DNA of 64,000 bases from Auanema rhodensis (GCA_964057225.1 OZ059894.1:8618001-8682000); one strand, 5' to 3'; positions 9,332-26,627 are shown, counted from the first letter of the stretch. Notes: generated by a model from the sequence alone, not told the origin. Made by a program: numbers and translations.

Positions 9332-9363
9332 AGAGGTCCCTGGTTCAATTCCTGGTTCGGCCC
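9332..9363 (+). pseudogene. tRNA-Pro 3' fragment (5' half replaced by short spacer duplication)
   Basis: AGAGGTCCCTGGTTCAATTCCTGGTTCGGCCC preceded by duplicated AAATTACTTCTAAACTTTA. Confidence 0.85.
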
Positions 9364-9536
9364 AATTTTTTGACTTGTTAACTCAAATCGAATTGTTATT
9401 GATTTTGATTCATAATCTAATCATGAAGCTTTGTCTTGTCATGTTTAAAAATGACTAAAAAATTTGAAGAATATATTATAAATTCACAATTTCACAAAAA
9501 CTCTCCTATTTTTTGAAAATTACTTCTACACCTTAT

Positions 9537-9608
9537 GGCCGAATGGTCTAGGGGTATGATTCTCGCTTCGGGTGCGAGAGGTCCCGGGTTCAATTCCCGG
9601 TTCGGCCC
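9537..9608 (+). tRNA. tRNA-Pro(CGG)
   Basis: Identical to copy at 115; last + strand unit. Confidence 0.97.
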
Positions 9609-9834
9609 AATTTTTTGATTTGCTATCTCAAATCGAAGTATTATTGATTCTGATTCATAACCTAATCATCAAGCTTTGTCTTGTCATATTTAAAAATGAC
9701 TAAAGAAGTTGAAGAATATATTATAAATTCACAATTTCACAAAAACTCTCAGGATCTATCGTAATGAAGCATGATGTTTACAATATAAATCAGAATCAAT
9801 AATACTTCGATTAAAGTTAACAAATCAAAACATT

Positions 9835-9906
9835 GGGCCGAACCGGGATTTGAACCCGGGACCTCTCGCACCCAAAGCGAGAACCATACCCCTAGACCAT
9901 TCGGCC
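9835..9906 (-). tRNA. tRNA-Pro(TGG), D-stem A>G variant
   Basis: Reverse complement GGCCGAATGGTCTAGGGGTATGGTTCTCGCTTTGGGTGCGAG...TTCAAATCCCGGTTCGGCCC. Confidence 0.93.
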
Positions 9907-10086
9907 ACATAGCGCAGGTTCGTTTCTAAATGGAATAGAAAACTTTCCACTTTCAAGAATTAGAAATGAATTCCGCATCACTATCGTCGGAATAACAAAT
10001 TCAGGATCTATCGGAATGAAGCATGATGTTTACAATATAAATCAGAATCAATAATACTTCGATTAAAGTTAACAAATCAAAACATT

Positions 10087-10158
10087 GGGCCGAACCGGGA
10101 TTTGAACCCGGGACCTCTCGCACCCAAAGCGAGAATCATACCCCTAGACCATTCGGCC
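10087..10158 (-). tRNA. tRNA-Pro(TGG)
   Basis: Complete cloverleaf, anticodon TGG; 252-bp tandem unit with copy at 9835. Confidence 0.96.
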
Positions 10159-10417
10159 ACATAGCGCTTGTTCGGTTCTAAATGGAATAGAAAACTTTAC
10201 ACTTTCAAGAATTAGAAATGAATTACGCAGCACTATCGTCGGAATAACAAATTCAGGATCTATCATCAAGATTAAGTACTACTAGCTGCTATTTAGTCAT
10301 TATGAAACTAAGTTAAACAACCTCATTTAATACATTTTTGAATGATATTCAACGAACATAATAACACAACATATCAATTTAACAACAGAACAACAGAACA
10401 ACAAAGAATCAACAAAA

Positions 10418-13400
10418 TCATTTTCTACCAGGTTGAGCCATAAGTAATCCATGTTGATACAACATGTGACAAAATTCTTGCCTATCTGATTTAGTAAGAT
10501 TTTTTGGAAGTTCACTGAGACGAATCCATTCCGGATAAGAATTGGTCAAGAAATTAAATGAGTCAACAAACTGAAATTAATATTGTTAGCATAGTATCGC
10601 TCACGATCAAACCTTAAACGGCATGTCTAGAGTAAACTCAGATCTTCCCTCATAAACACGCGAATTTTGCATTCGACTAACAAGGAAACAGCTCTCTTCA
10701 GATTCAAAAAGTAGACTAGAATGCGATTTCTTGTGAAATTAAGTAACGTTATCTAACTTACCGTTGGCTGTGTCTACGAATCAAACGGATTTGGATGTTC
10801 TTAGTGAAGTCAACAACTGGTCCTTTAATTATGTTCAAACCGCTTCCTCTAATTGTTAGCTTCTTTTCCTCTTAATTAAATATATTAGTAGCTTAGACTC
10901 ATATGCATTACCTGAAGTGAGTAGAGGAGGAAGAGCTGTTTTAAAAAATTCTCTAGCCATTAGATCAATAGCGGAATGCATACAGTGGTCAGCTACAAAA
11001 TTGCGGAGCATGGACATATGTCTATCCAATGGAACAGCAAGCCTTAAAATAGTTTATATTGAATGGGATTCCCTGTTCGCAAACTTTTCTTCATAATGCT
11101 CTTCTTGTATATATTCACAATCAGCAACACCTCCAATATCAAGAAGATTAGCAGGCAAAGTACGACGCAACTTCAATCTTGAAGAAGCGAACATTGACAT
11201 AGCTTCTGGAAGCTAAAACAGAGATGTAATGAATTTAAAAATTTCATACCGTTTTCTCTAAAAGATCAACAAAAGCCCATTGGCGCCCTGTTGAAATCGT
11301 TACATGTAAAGAATGAACTTTATCATCGGTACGTGCCTAAACAATGCTATTATTTTGCTATTATTTTCATAGGAGGCTAAATTACCTGATGAATAAATCC
11401 TCTGGGAATATAGAGCAGATCTCCTGCTTCAACCCAGCCCTCGAACGTTGGTTTGCGGCTTTTCAAAGAACTCTCGGTCAAATTAGGACTGCTATCTCTC
11501 GGCAGTTCTTCGTCATCAGATCTGGGGGCCCAGACTCTCCAATACTTTCTTCCTTCTAACTGGAGCAAGAATGCATCAATTTCATCCCAGTGAGGAGCAA
11601 AGCCAGACGTTCCAGCTGGAGTTAAATAACTAAAAAATTATTTAAATGTTGATGATCAAATGTTATCCCACGTATTAGCCCCAACAAAACAGTGAAACAG
11701 CTCTTGAAGAACTTCGCAAATATACCAAACATGATCATCAAACGTTTGAGGATTCACTAACTGTACAGATCGTCCCAGCTAAAATATGAATGAATAGGAA
11801 TATGCAAAAAATTAATGCTTACTTTCAAATGCTCAGCTAAATCACCCGCAAATACTTGCCCTTTTCCATTGAGTGTAGTACGAACTCCATTTTTATAAGA
11901 GGCTATGTTTACGTTAGTACCATATTCCACATAATTCTGAAAAATTAAATAGAATTAAAACAAAACTGACACTGTATATTTATACCTTTTCAAGAAGTTG
12001 AACAAGACGTTCGGTAGAAAAAAGATTCCCATAGTAGTTAGGATTACCTCTTTTTACAACAAGAGCATTCTGCTGGTAAAACTCACTATAATATTAAACG
12101 TGCAAAAATAATAAAAAAAAGTAAAGAGAAAATACTTGAAAAAAGTTTGCACATCACAGGCATTTATGATCCATCCAAAAGCCCGAGTAGCAGTAACAGC
12201 TGAATCATCATTACTAAAGGGAAATCTATCAAAATCGATGATATGTTTATGGTGAGCTTTCTTCTAAAATTGAATATGGTAAATCTATATTATTAAATAA
12301 AAAAATACCTGAACAATTTTTCCGCATTCCCGACTTTCGCCAAGATTAGCCTCTTCATCCGAGTCAGCATCCTGTTCAGAAACTTCAGAATCCTAAATAG
12401 AAAAAATCATATATTAAACATCAACAAACTTAAATTCACCTCATCTTCATCACAGCACTCTTCATCACAGCACTCTTCATCTTCCTGTTCTTCCTCATCG
12501 TTTTCACTTTCTTCAAGTTCTTCATCGATATCAACTTCTTCGTCTTCGTCTTCGTCTTCAAACTCGATATCTTCTTCATCTTCATCGTCACTGTCATCCT
12601 CAATAGCATCGACATCATGAACTTTTTCGATATCACGCAAATTTTTCAGCGCCGAAGCAGAAACATGCTTGTCTGAAGACCATATTATTATATATAAAAC
12701 AATTAGTTCCATACGTGAAGATAATTTGTCCAAAAGACTCTGAGCAAGAGTTACAGACTGATCGCTTATTCCTGAAGCGTCGAAATCCTACAAAACAATG
12801 GGAAATAAAAAGAAATAATCAGTAACATTTGACAACCTCGTCACTTTCGTCTTCAACTTCTTCATCCAGTTCTTCGAAATCTACAGCTTCATCATCAAGA
12901 TCCTCAACAAGTTCAGAATCATCCTGTTCCACTGGAGCTCCGAAAAGTTCCAAGGCAAAATCAACATCTCCACCGGCTTTTTCTCAAAAAGATATAGCAT
13001 GATTGTGATGAAACAAAAAAAACTTACTAGAACGTTTAGCAATCGAACTGAAAACATTCCGTGGTTCTTCGTCGGGGTATGTAACTGCCAATGCTTTGTT
13101 CTTAACCAATTCAGTATGCTTTCTTTTCTTGCTTCCATAAGGATTAGACTTATGAAGATCTATGTGCTCGCTCCCGAGGCCATCAGAATAATGTTTTCTC
13201 TTTGCTTTCTTCATCTAAAATTTTGAATTAATCTTTTTTTTATTAGTTCAATATACTCTGTCGTAATTCTTCTTGTTGGGAACGGCTTCAACGCTTGGCT
13301 TATAATATATTTCTCCTGTAAAACTACGATTGCATAGAAAACTACTATGAAACATACGAGCACTTTTCCCAGTATTACCATTTTCAATGGAAGACCATTG

Positions 13401-13496
13401 ATCTTTTTTCTGATTAATCTCTTTTTTTGATTCAACAAGAGAACTTACAGATTTTGAGTTTAACTCTTGGTTCTTAAACTTATTCTTACGGCCCAT
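10418..13496 (-). CDS. jmjc-1: JmjC-domain ribosomal oxygenase / lysine demethylase NO66 (RIOX1) homologue, multi-exon
   Basis: YLTPAGTSGFAPHWDEIDAFLLQLEGRKYWRVWAP (HxD), GDLLYIPRGFIHQA, SLHVTIST; long basic/acidic N-terminus; ends ..LYQHGLLMAQPGRK*. Confidence 0.92.
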
Positions 13497-13674
13497 CTAG
13501 AAATATTCTAATGTTGAATAAAATACTTATTAAGTAATAAGATAAGAGTGGCTGTTCAAACAGCATTTATAAACAAGATTGCATGGTACTAATAAATAGA
13601 TTAATCATGAGTGATCAGAGCAAAAGCAAAAACACAATATACATAACCCATTTGGTTGTAAAGACAGAAAATAT

Positions 13675-15373
<1,699 letters not shown>

Positions 15374-15728
15374 ACTGGCTATAAAAATGAGTTCATGTGA
15401 AAATATATAAGATATAATAGATATAGTAGACATAATTTATCGTAATATAATTCATTACTAACAGAAAAAAAATATGCAAAAATTAACTGATCTAGAATAG
15501 AACTTAGTAAAGATTAGCAAACTAAGGGATGACAAAAGGAGAAATTCAAAAGAATTTAAAACGTTGCGGGACTAATTTTGTGCGTTGTTTACAAGTGTCA
15601 ATTTGCAGATATTGTAGGTTATTTTGCTTAATGACATGTTGGATTTATTGATATGCTAATTAGAATAAATTCTAATAAAGTTGTTTTAATTATTAAAAAA
15701 TTCTTTTAAGCTTTTTTTCAGTTTTAAA
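15374..15728. promoter_or_regulatory. Probable bidirectional promoter between rpt-2 and aps-1
   Basis: 355 bp between divergent ATGs; splice-acceptor-like TTTATAG / TTTTCAG just upstream of each ATG. Confidence 0.6.
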
Positions 15729-16680
15729 ATGATGCACTTTATGTTACTGTTCAGCCGTCAAGGCAAATTACGACTTCAAAAATGGTACACAGCTTATCAA
15801 GATAAAGTAAGTTTTTTTTGCAAAATGTTTTTGTTTAATTTCTGACGTTTTAGATGAAAAAGAAAATTTGTCGTGAGCTTATTACTCAGATATTAGCAAG
15901 AAAACCAAAGATGTGTGCTTTTCTTGAATACAAAGATCTCAAAATTGTATATAAAAGGTTCCTTTTTTAATTTTCTATTATTTAAAATACTAAATCCTAG
16001 TGTTCCCTTTTATTTAGTATATTCAATTATTTATTAGGTATGCTTCACTCTATTTTTGTTGTGCTATTGAGCAGAGTGATAATGAATTGTTATGCCTGGA
16101 AATTATTCATAGATATGTTGAGCTATTGGATAAGTATTTTGGAAGTGTTAGTGTTTATAATATTTTTTAATATTTAAATTTTATCGCTTTAGGTTTGCGA
16201 ATTGGATATTATTTTCAACTTCGAGAAAGCATATTTTATTCTTGACGAATTCCTATTAGCCGGAGAAATTCAAGAAACCAGCAAAAAGCAAGTACTAAAA
16301 GCAATTGCAGCACAAGATGTAATTCAGGAGGTTCGAATTTATTTTCCATTTTCTTAAAATGTTCTAAACATTCGAGACAAAATTTTTTAAAATCAATTAT
16401 ATTATTAACAACCTATAAAATTAAACATTAGCTTTATATAACATGCAGTTTCATTGAATTAACTAAGTGTTCTGAGTTCAGGATATATTTTTTTAACGAA
16501 TTTCCAAATCAAATACAGTCAAACCGAAATAAAACCTTAATTAAATATGTTTTTTTTCATGAGTGAGAAAAGTTATAATTTAAAAAATTGTAATAACAAA
16601 AAATACTTTAAAATGTCGCAAAGTACTACTTACAGGAAGAAACTCCGCAAGGATTCTTTGAAGATCATGGTTTAGGATAA
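15729..16680 (+). CDS. aps-1: AP-1 adaptor complex sigma subunit, 5 exons (not in ORF track)
   Basis: Spliced translation [87 protein letters not shown]. Confidence 0.96.
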
Positions 16681-19600
16681 TTCATCTGGAATCTAATTTC
16701 TTTTCTGCTGTGATACGTTTTGTGAAATATCCTGTGAACGTTATTAATTTATTGTTTCAATTCTCCGCATATTTCTGTTCATCTTAATTCGCGTACTAGG
16801 TTTTTGGTAATAATAAAAGGCTTTATCTTACAACCAATAATGAGAAATTGTCAGCAAGTTCTTTTAAAACACAACAGGATCGTGATATGCTAATATCACA
16901 GGTTGTAATAAACAGGCGCGTTTATTTACTTGGTTAACCTAGTGGCAGAAGAAGTAAAGTAGCTAATGTTTCTCACTAACGATTAAGCGTTATGCTAACT
17001 TGTTGCAGGTTACATATCTTGTGAATCGGTCTTGAACGCATTACTTTCCGTTTTCTTCGGATGCGGCATTTTTTCAATGCCCGTCTGTGAATGTGGCTAC
17101 TATCTACAGGGGGTCTATTTCTCTTTCTCCTCTTCGAATGATAGTTGTTCGCAATGTCCTTGAGCTGCTCGGAATAGCATTTCATTTCTTTTAGAAACGC
17201 TTTTACAGACTCTTAACCCTTTGAAATTCCTTTCTTAAGATATTAACTTTTGTGTTTAAATTGTCGATTCTTTGAATCTAAACTCCCGTAATGATTCAAG
17301 CTAATATCGATCATAAGAAGTCTTAGTTTTCTACGGCCAGCTCTAAAGATGAATCCTGTGCATAGTTTCTGTTCCAGGTTGCTGTTCTTACATTTCAATG
17401 CTTTTGATTGGATTTGTGATTTTGATGAAGACCTAATTGCATTTTATTCGAATGAAAGAGAAAAGACGGAAAATCATATAAGTTGCCTCTTGTTTCATAC
17501 TCTTAATCCTATCAAACGCCGTGGGTAACAAATCAGTCTTTCCCTTTCTCAAATCTGTATGCCTTTACTTGCATACGGCTATAGTTCTATGATTCTACAA
17601 TCTGTTGTCGTCTTTTTCACTTGTTTAGATGAATAATAGTAACCAATTCCGCGAGAAGGCTGCAAAGTTTAGCACATAACGGAGCATTAGTTCTCGCTCC
17701 TTTGTTCTTCCATTGTTTCCCCCTCACAAATTTGCATCATGAAGAATCCTACATTCAACGTACTTCTTTGACATCGGCGAAACCTGTTTCAATGAAGCTA
17801 TTTCAAAGTTAGCGTTAGGAATGGCAAGTGAATTACTTCCCCCTAACGACAACATTGCTTAATGAGCATATGATGAAGCTTTCCGAATTACTAGACTTCC
17901 ACCTCGTCAATCTCATCATTGACTATCCTTCATCCTTTATTAATATTCAATTTGCTACATTCAAATGATGTTGAATTATTTCAAACGCACCGACTTACAC
18001 GGTTCAACACTTGAATGTCGTATATTCCTTTTTAAATTTTTTTAAATTTCTTATAGTATATAAGCGTATAAATTTGCAAAAAAAAGCAAACTCTTTCACA
18101 AAGTGCTTCTTTATTTCCTCAATAGCTATCTAATTCAAAAAGATTGTTATACTTTCAATTGTTTCTCTATAATGCTTCGAATGTATTTCTTTTTTTTGAA
18201 TACTACACAGATTAGAGGAACACAAAAATGAACATTCGTGATGAAGGGAATTACCCTTTTTTGCCTGAGTAGCACAATCGCCTAATTTCTTGTACTATAT
18301 CATCATAAACATGTGAATATATTGTTTATAATTTATTTTGTACTTTTCAATATTGCTGAAGTAGTTTTCCAATTATATTCGCTCCTGACAGTTGAATGAC
18401 AAGCGTTTCCGGTTAACATAGCAATTTTCAATAATTTTTCAATCTAAAAAAATAATCAATATAAAAACAACAAAAACGTGTTCGAGTTTACACTTATCGT
18501 ATATGCTCACAGTTCGTGCTCTGAAACATAGCCATCGATCTTCATTTCATTTTTGTTTAAGGAATATGTCGCACATCAGCCATGATGTTTCGCATTCACC
18601 TTAGGGGGGACAGGAGGTTTAGGAGGTGTTTTCCCTTCGATTTGAATGAATGCCTAGAAAAATGTCGCTTTGAGTAATTATATGTTCGCGACACGTGTTT
18701 CATGTATCGGCATAATGCCAATGTCCAAGTCTTTTTCCCAAGTTTGTTTTCGGACACTAGATTGCTACAGGCATAACAAGCGAAAGACAATTAGAGAAAA
18801 CCGCTGTGCGCTTATCCATTTCTCATCAGATTAGTATTATATATACGTTGTGTTGTTTTTTATAGTCTATAGAGATGAGATTGAGTTATTTAATAGTTTC
18901 CTATAAAGTTATTTTAAAGTTTTTATATCATTTAATGATGTTATTCAACTCTAAATAGCAGAGTTATGTTAATAGAGATTACTTTCAAATCTATTTATTT
19001 TTTTTTGTTCTCTATCCCTACATATATCGTTATATTGATAACCTTATAATATTCTTCTTAATTTGTCTTCTACCTATATACTCATTTATCATTTCATCTC
19101 GACTCTTCTTTACACATCTAGTTATTTCCTGTGCAACAGATTTAACATACAACGTAGCGTTACAACCTTCTATATAGTTTACCTTAAATAGGACTTTCAG
19201 ACCATTACTCTGTTTCTTTTTCCCCGTTTTCAAACAATTTCGATATGTATTCTCTTTCAGTCTTTTTCTCTTCATTCAGTTGAATCGTGGCTGTATCTCT
19301 TCAAAATCTTTTTCAAGATGTTTCGTTCTGATTAGCATAGCAAGGGTTAAGAGGAACAATCTTAGAACAAATGGCCTACGAAATAGCTCTCAAAGAGTTT
19401 GTGACCTTAACTTATTTCCTTTTTTTTCTATTCTCTTTATGAACGGTTCATTTTTCTCAAGAAGATCTATATTATATTAACAACTTTTATTATATTATTC
19501 GACATATCGTTATGATATTAAGCTGTCTACATTCACAGCTGTTCATTTTCTCGAGATTAATCGTTATTCAGGTTTCATTCATATAAATTAACATGGTTTC

Positions 19601-22082
19601 AAATATAAATAATAGCTTTTCACTTATATGTTAATATGTGAGACAGTATTGCTTGGTTATAATGTTTCAAATTCACTTTCTTTCATTCTCATTTTAAAAA
19701 TTTTGCAGTTTTATTAGCAGTTTTCCTCAAAAACCTTTTTAAATTTGCATTATTGGTTTTCTCTTCGGATCTTCTAATTATTTCTGGTTTTTCAAATCCT
19801 CATTTGGATAATAACTGAAATCTAGGCATATGTTAATTAGTTTTGATGCTTTTTTCTCACAACTTCTTCTATTTCTCACGTGTGACGTGGACAAAGGCTT
19901 GTAACATATACTCACGACCCCATGTTCACAACTCATTTTTGAACAACGACACAACGCATTGCGGTTGCTTTTTTCTGTACCTCTCTTCTCCGAGTATATT
20001 TTCTTTTCTATTAGGCTTTTGCAACATAAGCATTTCTTAATGTTAACTCAACACTCAGAACTGTTGGCAAGTCTAAATTCGATTTCTGTTAAATAGGCTT
20101 AATTGAATTATCTAAGAGTTCTCGAATAGTTTTTTTTAATGAAATTTCTTAGTTTTTTATTCTTAAAATTGCTTTTATTCTGCAAAATTGCTTTTTACTT
20201 ACAGTTTAATTAGTTTAGCTTTATATTGTTTCTTATAAGTATTTTGTTGGCCAAATACACATCTGGCTGTGTAAAGTCATCATTTTCACTGTATACTTCC
20301 ATCTTCATCTTAATATATTTATATTCGTATCTTTCTCTTTTGCCCATATTGCTCATAAATCTGCAACATCTAGTGGTCAGGCATCATCAACTATTCAAAT
20401 TGTTGTGTGGCCTATGTTAACCTGTTCAATTTCTTTGCTAAACTATACTTCGCAGATATTCTGTCAATGTAATTCTTTTTTTTTTTGAATTGCAGAGAAA
20501 TCATGCAGTTCCCAACAGCAATGACAGGTAGATAAAGTTCTAATATGAACATCTCAAACGAACATTTTCACTTCCTAGTTCTTCGCTATCAAACATTGCA
20601 TTTAGTTTGACCTTTATGATATTGTTCAATATATAAATGTTCTTCTATTTTTTTGAAATCAAAAAAATATCGTCAGCTGTGATGAAGTACTTACCTTATT
20701 TGGTCATTAACTTCAATATTACTATAAGTTGAATGCCTGAAAATTTTTCTTTCATTCATCTGGCTTCAATTATAAATAGTTAAACTAGAATAATTAAAAA
20801 TGAGAGGATTTGTTCCTTTAATAACATACCGATACTAGTTTCTTCTTAGGTTCGCATGTATCGTTATTAGACAATACCCAGTTCATTTGCGTCGTTTTCC
20901 TTAAAATTGGCCAAAAGGCTCCAAATGGAACGTAAATTCTTCTTATGTCTCCGATCTGTTGACTTCTCCTTGTCAGCATGGAGGTCAGTAATCGCATTTC
21001 CTTTCAATTGATACTCACAATCTGCCAAGCATATTACTGTATAAGGATGAATTTCATTTCTCATAAAAGATGTAATCCTGTCATTCTCCTACCGCGTCAC
21101 ATACACGCGTTAGCCTACACTTTTCGACTCAGTATCTCAACCTCCGTCATACATTTTCAATTGCTGTTTCACTCTGTTAAAGTGTTTCAATCTCGTCTCA
21201 GTATTCCTCTGTTATTTTTTTCTATTCTTATTCTGCTCACCTGACCATATTTCTAAAACTTAATTGACTACGTAATCCGATGATTATTCCAACAAAATGT
21301 CTGAATGCCTAATTTCAACTCGTATTTTCATAACACAGGCATTCAAACAGCTATTTCATTTTTACTCTTCACGCTATTTTTATGTTTCTGTGCCATGTAC
21401 ATGTATATTATCCATTTTTACTCTGTGTTTTTTCTCGAATTTTGTTCACAAACATATCGAGCTATCTGATTAACGACCTTTTCGATGAACATTTCTTCAT
21501 ATTTCTTAATGTTTATCAAGTCGTCAACAGCGTACAGCCTGGTCCTATCTACCTAGTATATCTTTCTCTCTTTCACACATTGCATTTCCCGCCTATCCAT
21601 TTCTACTGTCCATAGACTATGTTATGATTAGCAACCGGCTTCTGTCCTTGTGCTTATCTTGCTTTGCCTCCAGCGTTGTCAGTTTTATCATATGTGGTCT
21701 CAGCTTATCGTTTTCTCCGCAGGCGATTAGGCTCCTACTTTTTGAATTCACACCTTGCTGCAAAATATCTGTTTATTTTCATTTGATCGTCTAACACACT
21801 ATCTTCTTCAAGTCTCCCTTTCCGCTTCCTCACATTTCATTTTTTCTTCATGTATCTCACTTTACGTTTCTTTCTTTCTTTTGCATCATTCTCATAGACA
21901 AAAATGATCATTTTGCCTATATTAACAGCACACCCCGTTACAATGGAGCAAGCATATTTTCAGTTTCTTTTATTTTCATTTCGTCTCTTTTCAGTACAAT
22001 TACTTACTAATCTATCTTCTCTCTCGATATCATTCTCTGATCATATTTGACAGTCAATTGTTCGTTTTCTTCCAGGACTACT

Positions 22083-25024
<2,942 letters not shown>

Positions 25025-26330
25025 CAACATCTCATGATCTTCCTTATTTGTTCGTAATTATAATCAGATTATTCACGATGCTAATTGGCTAACATCAAAA
25101 ATGTTTATATCAAGGATCTGGGAATGAAGATACAGCTAGCTGGTTAATAAACCTTATAAAGCTGATATCATTTCCAATATATTATATGACTTTAATATTA
25201 GAAAAGAACATATATTATATGCAATACAATATATTATTTTATTTTTTCTTTTAAAATATCTTTAATTACTTCTCAGATTATTTTAGCATTCAAGTTTATG
25301 TTTTGTCGTTTGTATACGTATTGTCAATCGAGTCTTGTTTCGCTTAATAATAACTTTTTTTACTTAATAAGCTTGTTAACATTGATATCTCTCTGATATT
25401 TACTTGATCTAACCACACACAGTACATCCGATTCTCGCGCTATTCATATAGTCATAGCCTTTCAGTTCTAAACCACATAGTTATCATATTTGTTTGTTTA
25501 TTATATATATACACCTCCCGGAGGTGATTTGAGCAGATTACTCAAAAAAAAATTGAAATTTGCATGAGTTGTAGTCCTTCATTGACATTTTTTCTCCTAA
25601 TTTTGCCGTTCTTATATATTCATAAATTTATATTATAATACGACTTGTACAACTTGTACGACTTGTACGATAACAATGAACAATTTGTTGAGGAGTTTTT
25701 CAAAAAAAACTTACTTATTGATACAAAAAAAAACATTGTTGACATTAATAAAGAATCTAAATGAGTCATTTGATATTTATTTGTATTTTGATAACTGAAC
25801 TTATGATCAAGAAACATATGAACACTTTGTTTTGTTTTTGTTTTTTCGAGCTTTAAACTTACACAGGCTGATTAATTCGAAAGTGATCATGACGGTGGGC
25901 GGGGACCGGAGGTAGTACTGCTTTCAACATGCGAAATCGGGGTCATTGTTATAAAGATTGATAAGCGTGCATGGCCTTTCCAAGCATTGTCAAACCGTCG
26001 GTCGACGATTTCATTTTCAACAACTTCACGGCCTTTTCTATGATGGACCATCTCGATTAACCTTTATGGGTTATTATAGCTTGTCTAATAGAGCTACCAC
26101 CCTTTTGTTTTTCGTTTTTTTCAAACAACTGTGACGATCATTGATGGCTTTGGCTCAAGCTGGACTTAAGAGATTGTCGTCGATTTAGAGTTTATTCCAG
26201 TTTATTCTATGTTGTATCGTTTATACTCGTTTTCTATTTTTATTCTTGAAAGGTGTTATCCATAAAAGTTCATTGTATTTGAAACTGTATTTAATGAGAA
26301 ATAATTGAATTCTATATCTTCAGTGTAACT

Positions 26331-26627
26331 ATGACTCCCGATCAGTGGAAATTCATTGGCATCGATTGGAGTAAGTTTTCCATTTTAAATCTTTGCAATG
26401 ATTGAACTAAACTAATTGAATCTTCTTGTATTCTAGAAGAATCATGGCCAGCTTTTGCATTAGGTTTCTCTGTTGGAGCCTTCATGTTCATAATAGCCTT
26501 CTCTCTTGTTTTATGTGTTTGCCGCAAACTTTTCTATAACACGGGATCATTTTCAGTTAAGGTATGATTTTTCAAAGTAAATTATTCTTATTACATTTTA
26601 TTATTATTATAGAGTGAAGTTGCATAA
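26331..26627 (+). CDS. 59-aa single-pass membrane microprotein, exons 26331-26370, 26437-26561, 26613-26627
   Basis: CTTCAG acceptor 7 nt upstream of ATG, phase-compatible GT-AG introns; MTPDQWKFIGIDWKESWPAFALGFSVGAFMFIIAFSLVLCVCRKLFYNTGSFSVKSEVA*. Confidence 0.75.
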
